A DNA stretch of 64,000 nucleotides. Origin: Callorhinchus milii (lineage: Eukaryota). A program made the translations under genes and the position numbers. The stretch covers positions 100,194,001-100,258,000 of the forward strand of contig NW_024704742.1 of the NCBI RefSeq assembly GCF_018977255.1, given 5' to 3'. Below, piece after piece: positions 62,353 to 64,000 of this stretch (positions are counted from its first letter, which is position 1; the number at the start of each line of letters is the position of its first letter). The notes under the pieces are model-generated. The model was not told the origin of the DNA and did no database searches. It was given only the letters and a program-made list of their open reading frames with translations.

Positions 62353-63860
62353 AAAGGTTAGTCCAAAAGATAAAAGGTTAGTCCAAAAGATAAAGGCCCA
62401 TGGAATTAGGGGGAGCATATTAACGTGGATTGGGGAATGGTTAATAGGTAGGAAACAAAGAGTAGGGATAAACGGGTCCTTTTCAGATTGGTGGGATGTG
62501 ACTAGTGGAGTGCCACAAGGATCAGTCCTTGGGCCTCAGCTATTTACCATCTACATCAATGAACTAGATGAGGACATCAAAGTTAATATATCTAAATTCG
62601 CGGATGACACAAAACTAGGAGGAAGTGTCAACACAGAGAACGACATTAAAAAAATGGAGCGAGACATAGATAGGTTAGGTGATTGGGCAGGTAGGTGGCA
62701 GATAATAATAATAATAATAATAATCCTTGCATTTGATATAGCGCTTTTCACGTCGGGAGGACGTCCCAAAGCACTTCACAGAACACACTGTAAAGTGAAT
62801 TGACTGTATATTTGTGGGCGAACGCGGCAGCCAATTGCGCACAGCAGTGTCCCACAAACAGTCGTAGATTGAAAATGACCAATTTATTACTGTTTTTGGT
62901 TTTGGAGGGATTATTATTAGGCGTGTGGAGTAAGGAAACTTGCCCAAGGTTTCGCCCTGCCTGGAATTGAACTCAGGTCTCTCACTTGCAAAGCGAGTGC
63001 TCTAACCACTGAGCCACAGGACTCCACGTGATGAAGTATAATGTAGGGAAGTGCAAAGTCATCCACGTAGGTAGCAAAAACAGTAGAGCGGGTTATTTTT
63101 TAGAAGGGGAGAGATTGGTATGTGTTAGTGTCCAGAGGGACTTGGGTGTCCTTGTACACCAATCACAGAAAGTTAGTCTGCAGGGGCAGCAGCAATTAGG
63201 AAGGCGAACGGTATGTTAGCATTCATTATGAAAGGATTAGAGTATAAGAGTAGGGAAGTCTTGCTGCAACTGTATAGGGCCCTGGTGAGACCACACCTGG
63301 AATACTCTGTGCAGTTTTGGTCTCCTGATTTAAGGAAGGATGTACTTACCTTGGAGGGGGTGCAGCGTAGATTTACTAGGCTAGTACCAGGGATGAAGGG
63401 GATGAGTTACGAGGATAGACTGACCAATTTGGGCCTATATTCTCTAGAATATAAAAGAATTAGAGGGGATCTTATAGAAACCTATAAGATCATCAAAGGG
63501 CATGATAGAGTAGATAGTGGGAGATTGTTTCCCCTGGTTGGAGAAACTAAAACCAGGGGTCACAACCTTAAAATCAGAGGCCAGCCCTTTCGCACTGAGT
63601 TGAGGAAGAACTTCTTCACTCAAAGGGTGGTGAATGTATGGAACTCACTACCCCCAAAGGGCTGTTGACGCTCAGTCCTTGAACATATTCAAGACTGAGA
63701 TAGATATATTTCTTATTGTAAAAGGGATTACGGGATATGGGGATAAGGCAGGGTTATGTTATTAGCTGGAGTTAGATTAGAAGATCAGCCATGATTGAAT
63801 GGCGGGGCAGGCTCGAAGGGCCGAATGGCCTACTCCTGCTCCTACATGTTATGTTATGTT
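62353..63860 (+). mobile_element. CR1 LINE with RT C-terminal half, interrupted by a SINE
   Basis: [63 protein letters not shown]. Tail gggccgaatggcctactcctgctcctac(atgtt)n. Confidence 0.95.
62704..63029 (-). mobile_element. Young tRNA-derived SINE, short variant, full length, inserted in CR1
   Basis: Intact A and B boxes, retained CpGs, long (TTA)n tail. Flanked by GAT on both sides. Confidence 0.93.
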
Positions 63861-64000
63861 AAATTGATGACATGCAAGTCTCCACTCTGATAACCGTTCA
63901 TGAACTGAGTTTGAATGCAACATATTTCCTTGTGGGCATGATTCTATATGACAAAAATTGTCTATAATTTGACAAAAATTAGTAATCTCATTCAGAGAAG

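Noticed and set aside
45400..64000. A neighbouring protein-coding gene upstream of CSNK1G3
   Set aside because: No recognisable exon found; ORFs here are CR1, L2 or SINE derived, or random. Small exons could have been missed.
1..64000. CRISPR array, operon or other prokaryotic system
   Set aside because: No regularly spaced repeat-spacer array; recurring motifs are dispersed retroposon tails in an intron-rich vertebrate locus.

Overview
Eukaryotic vertebrate DNA, most likely a cartilaginous fish (inferred from the Deu-domain SINEs and the CR1 and L2 3' tails; species cannot be fixed). The window holds the 5' part of a casein kinase 1 gamma gene, CSNK1G3-type, on the minus strand. It shows a CpG-island promoter (~44.75-45.35 kb), a probable non-coding exon 1 ending at 44457, and coding exons at 35111-35532 (ATG 35267), 11619-11659 and 9101-9170. 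The spliced protein runs MEKTKDKDK...[47 protein letters not shown]; later exons lie left of the window. The rest is intron or upstream DNA dense in L2 and CR1 LINE fragments, several SINE families, a Tigger/pogo element and a hAT MITE. Almost all ORFs in the supplied track are repeat-derived or spurious. I found no proof of a wholly new biological system. Best leads: a possible exon 2-4 circRNA bracketed by inverted repeats, a uORF-rich leader, a candidate alternative ETS/RUNX/CRE first exon at 56.7-56.9 kb, a duplicated CCAAT-PBX/PREP promoter module, a 187-bp inverted templated insertion in a SINE, a 98-nt near-perfect hairpin, and a covarying L2/SINE 3' stem-loop. Exon boundaries were read base by base; repeat boundaries are approximate.
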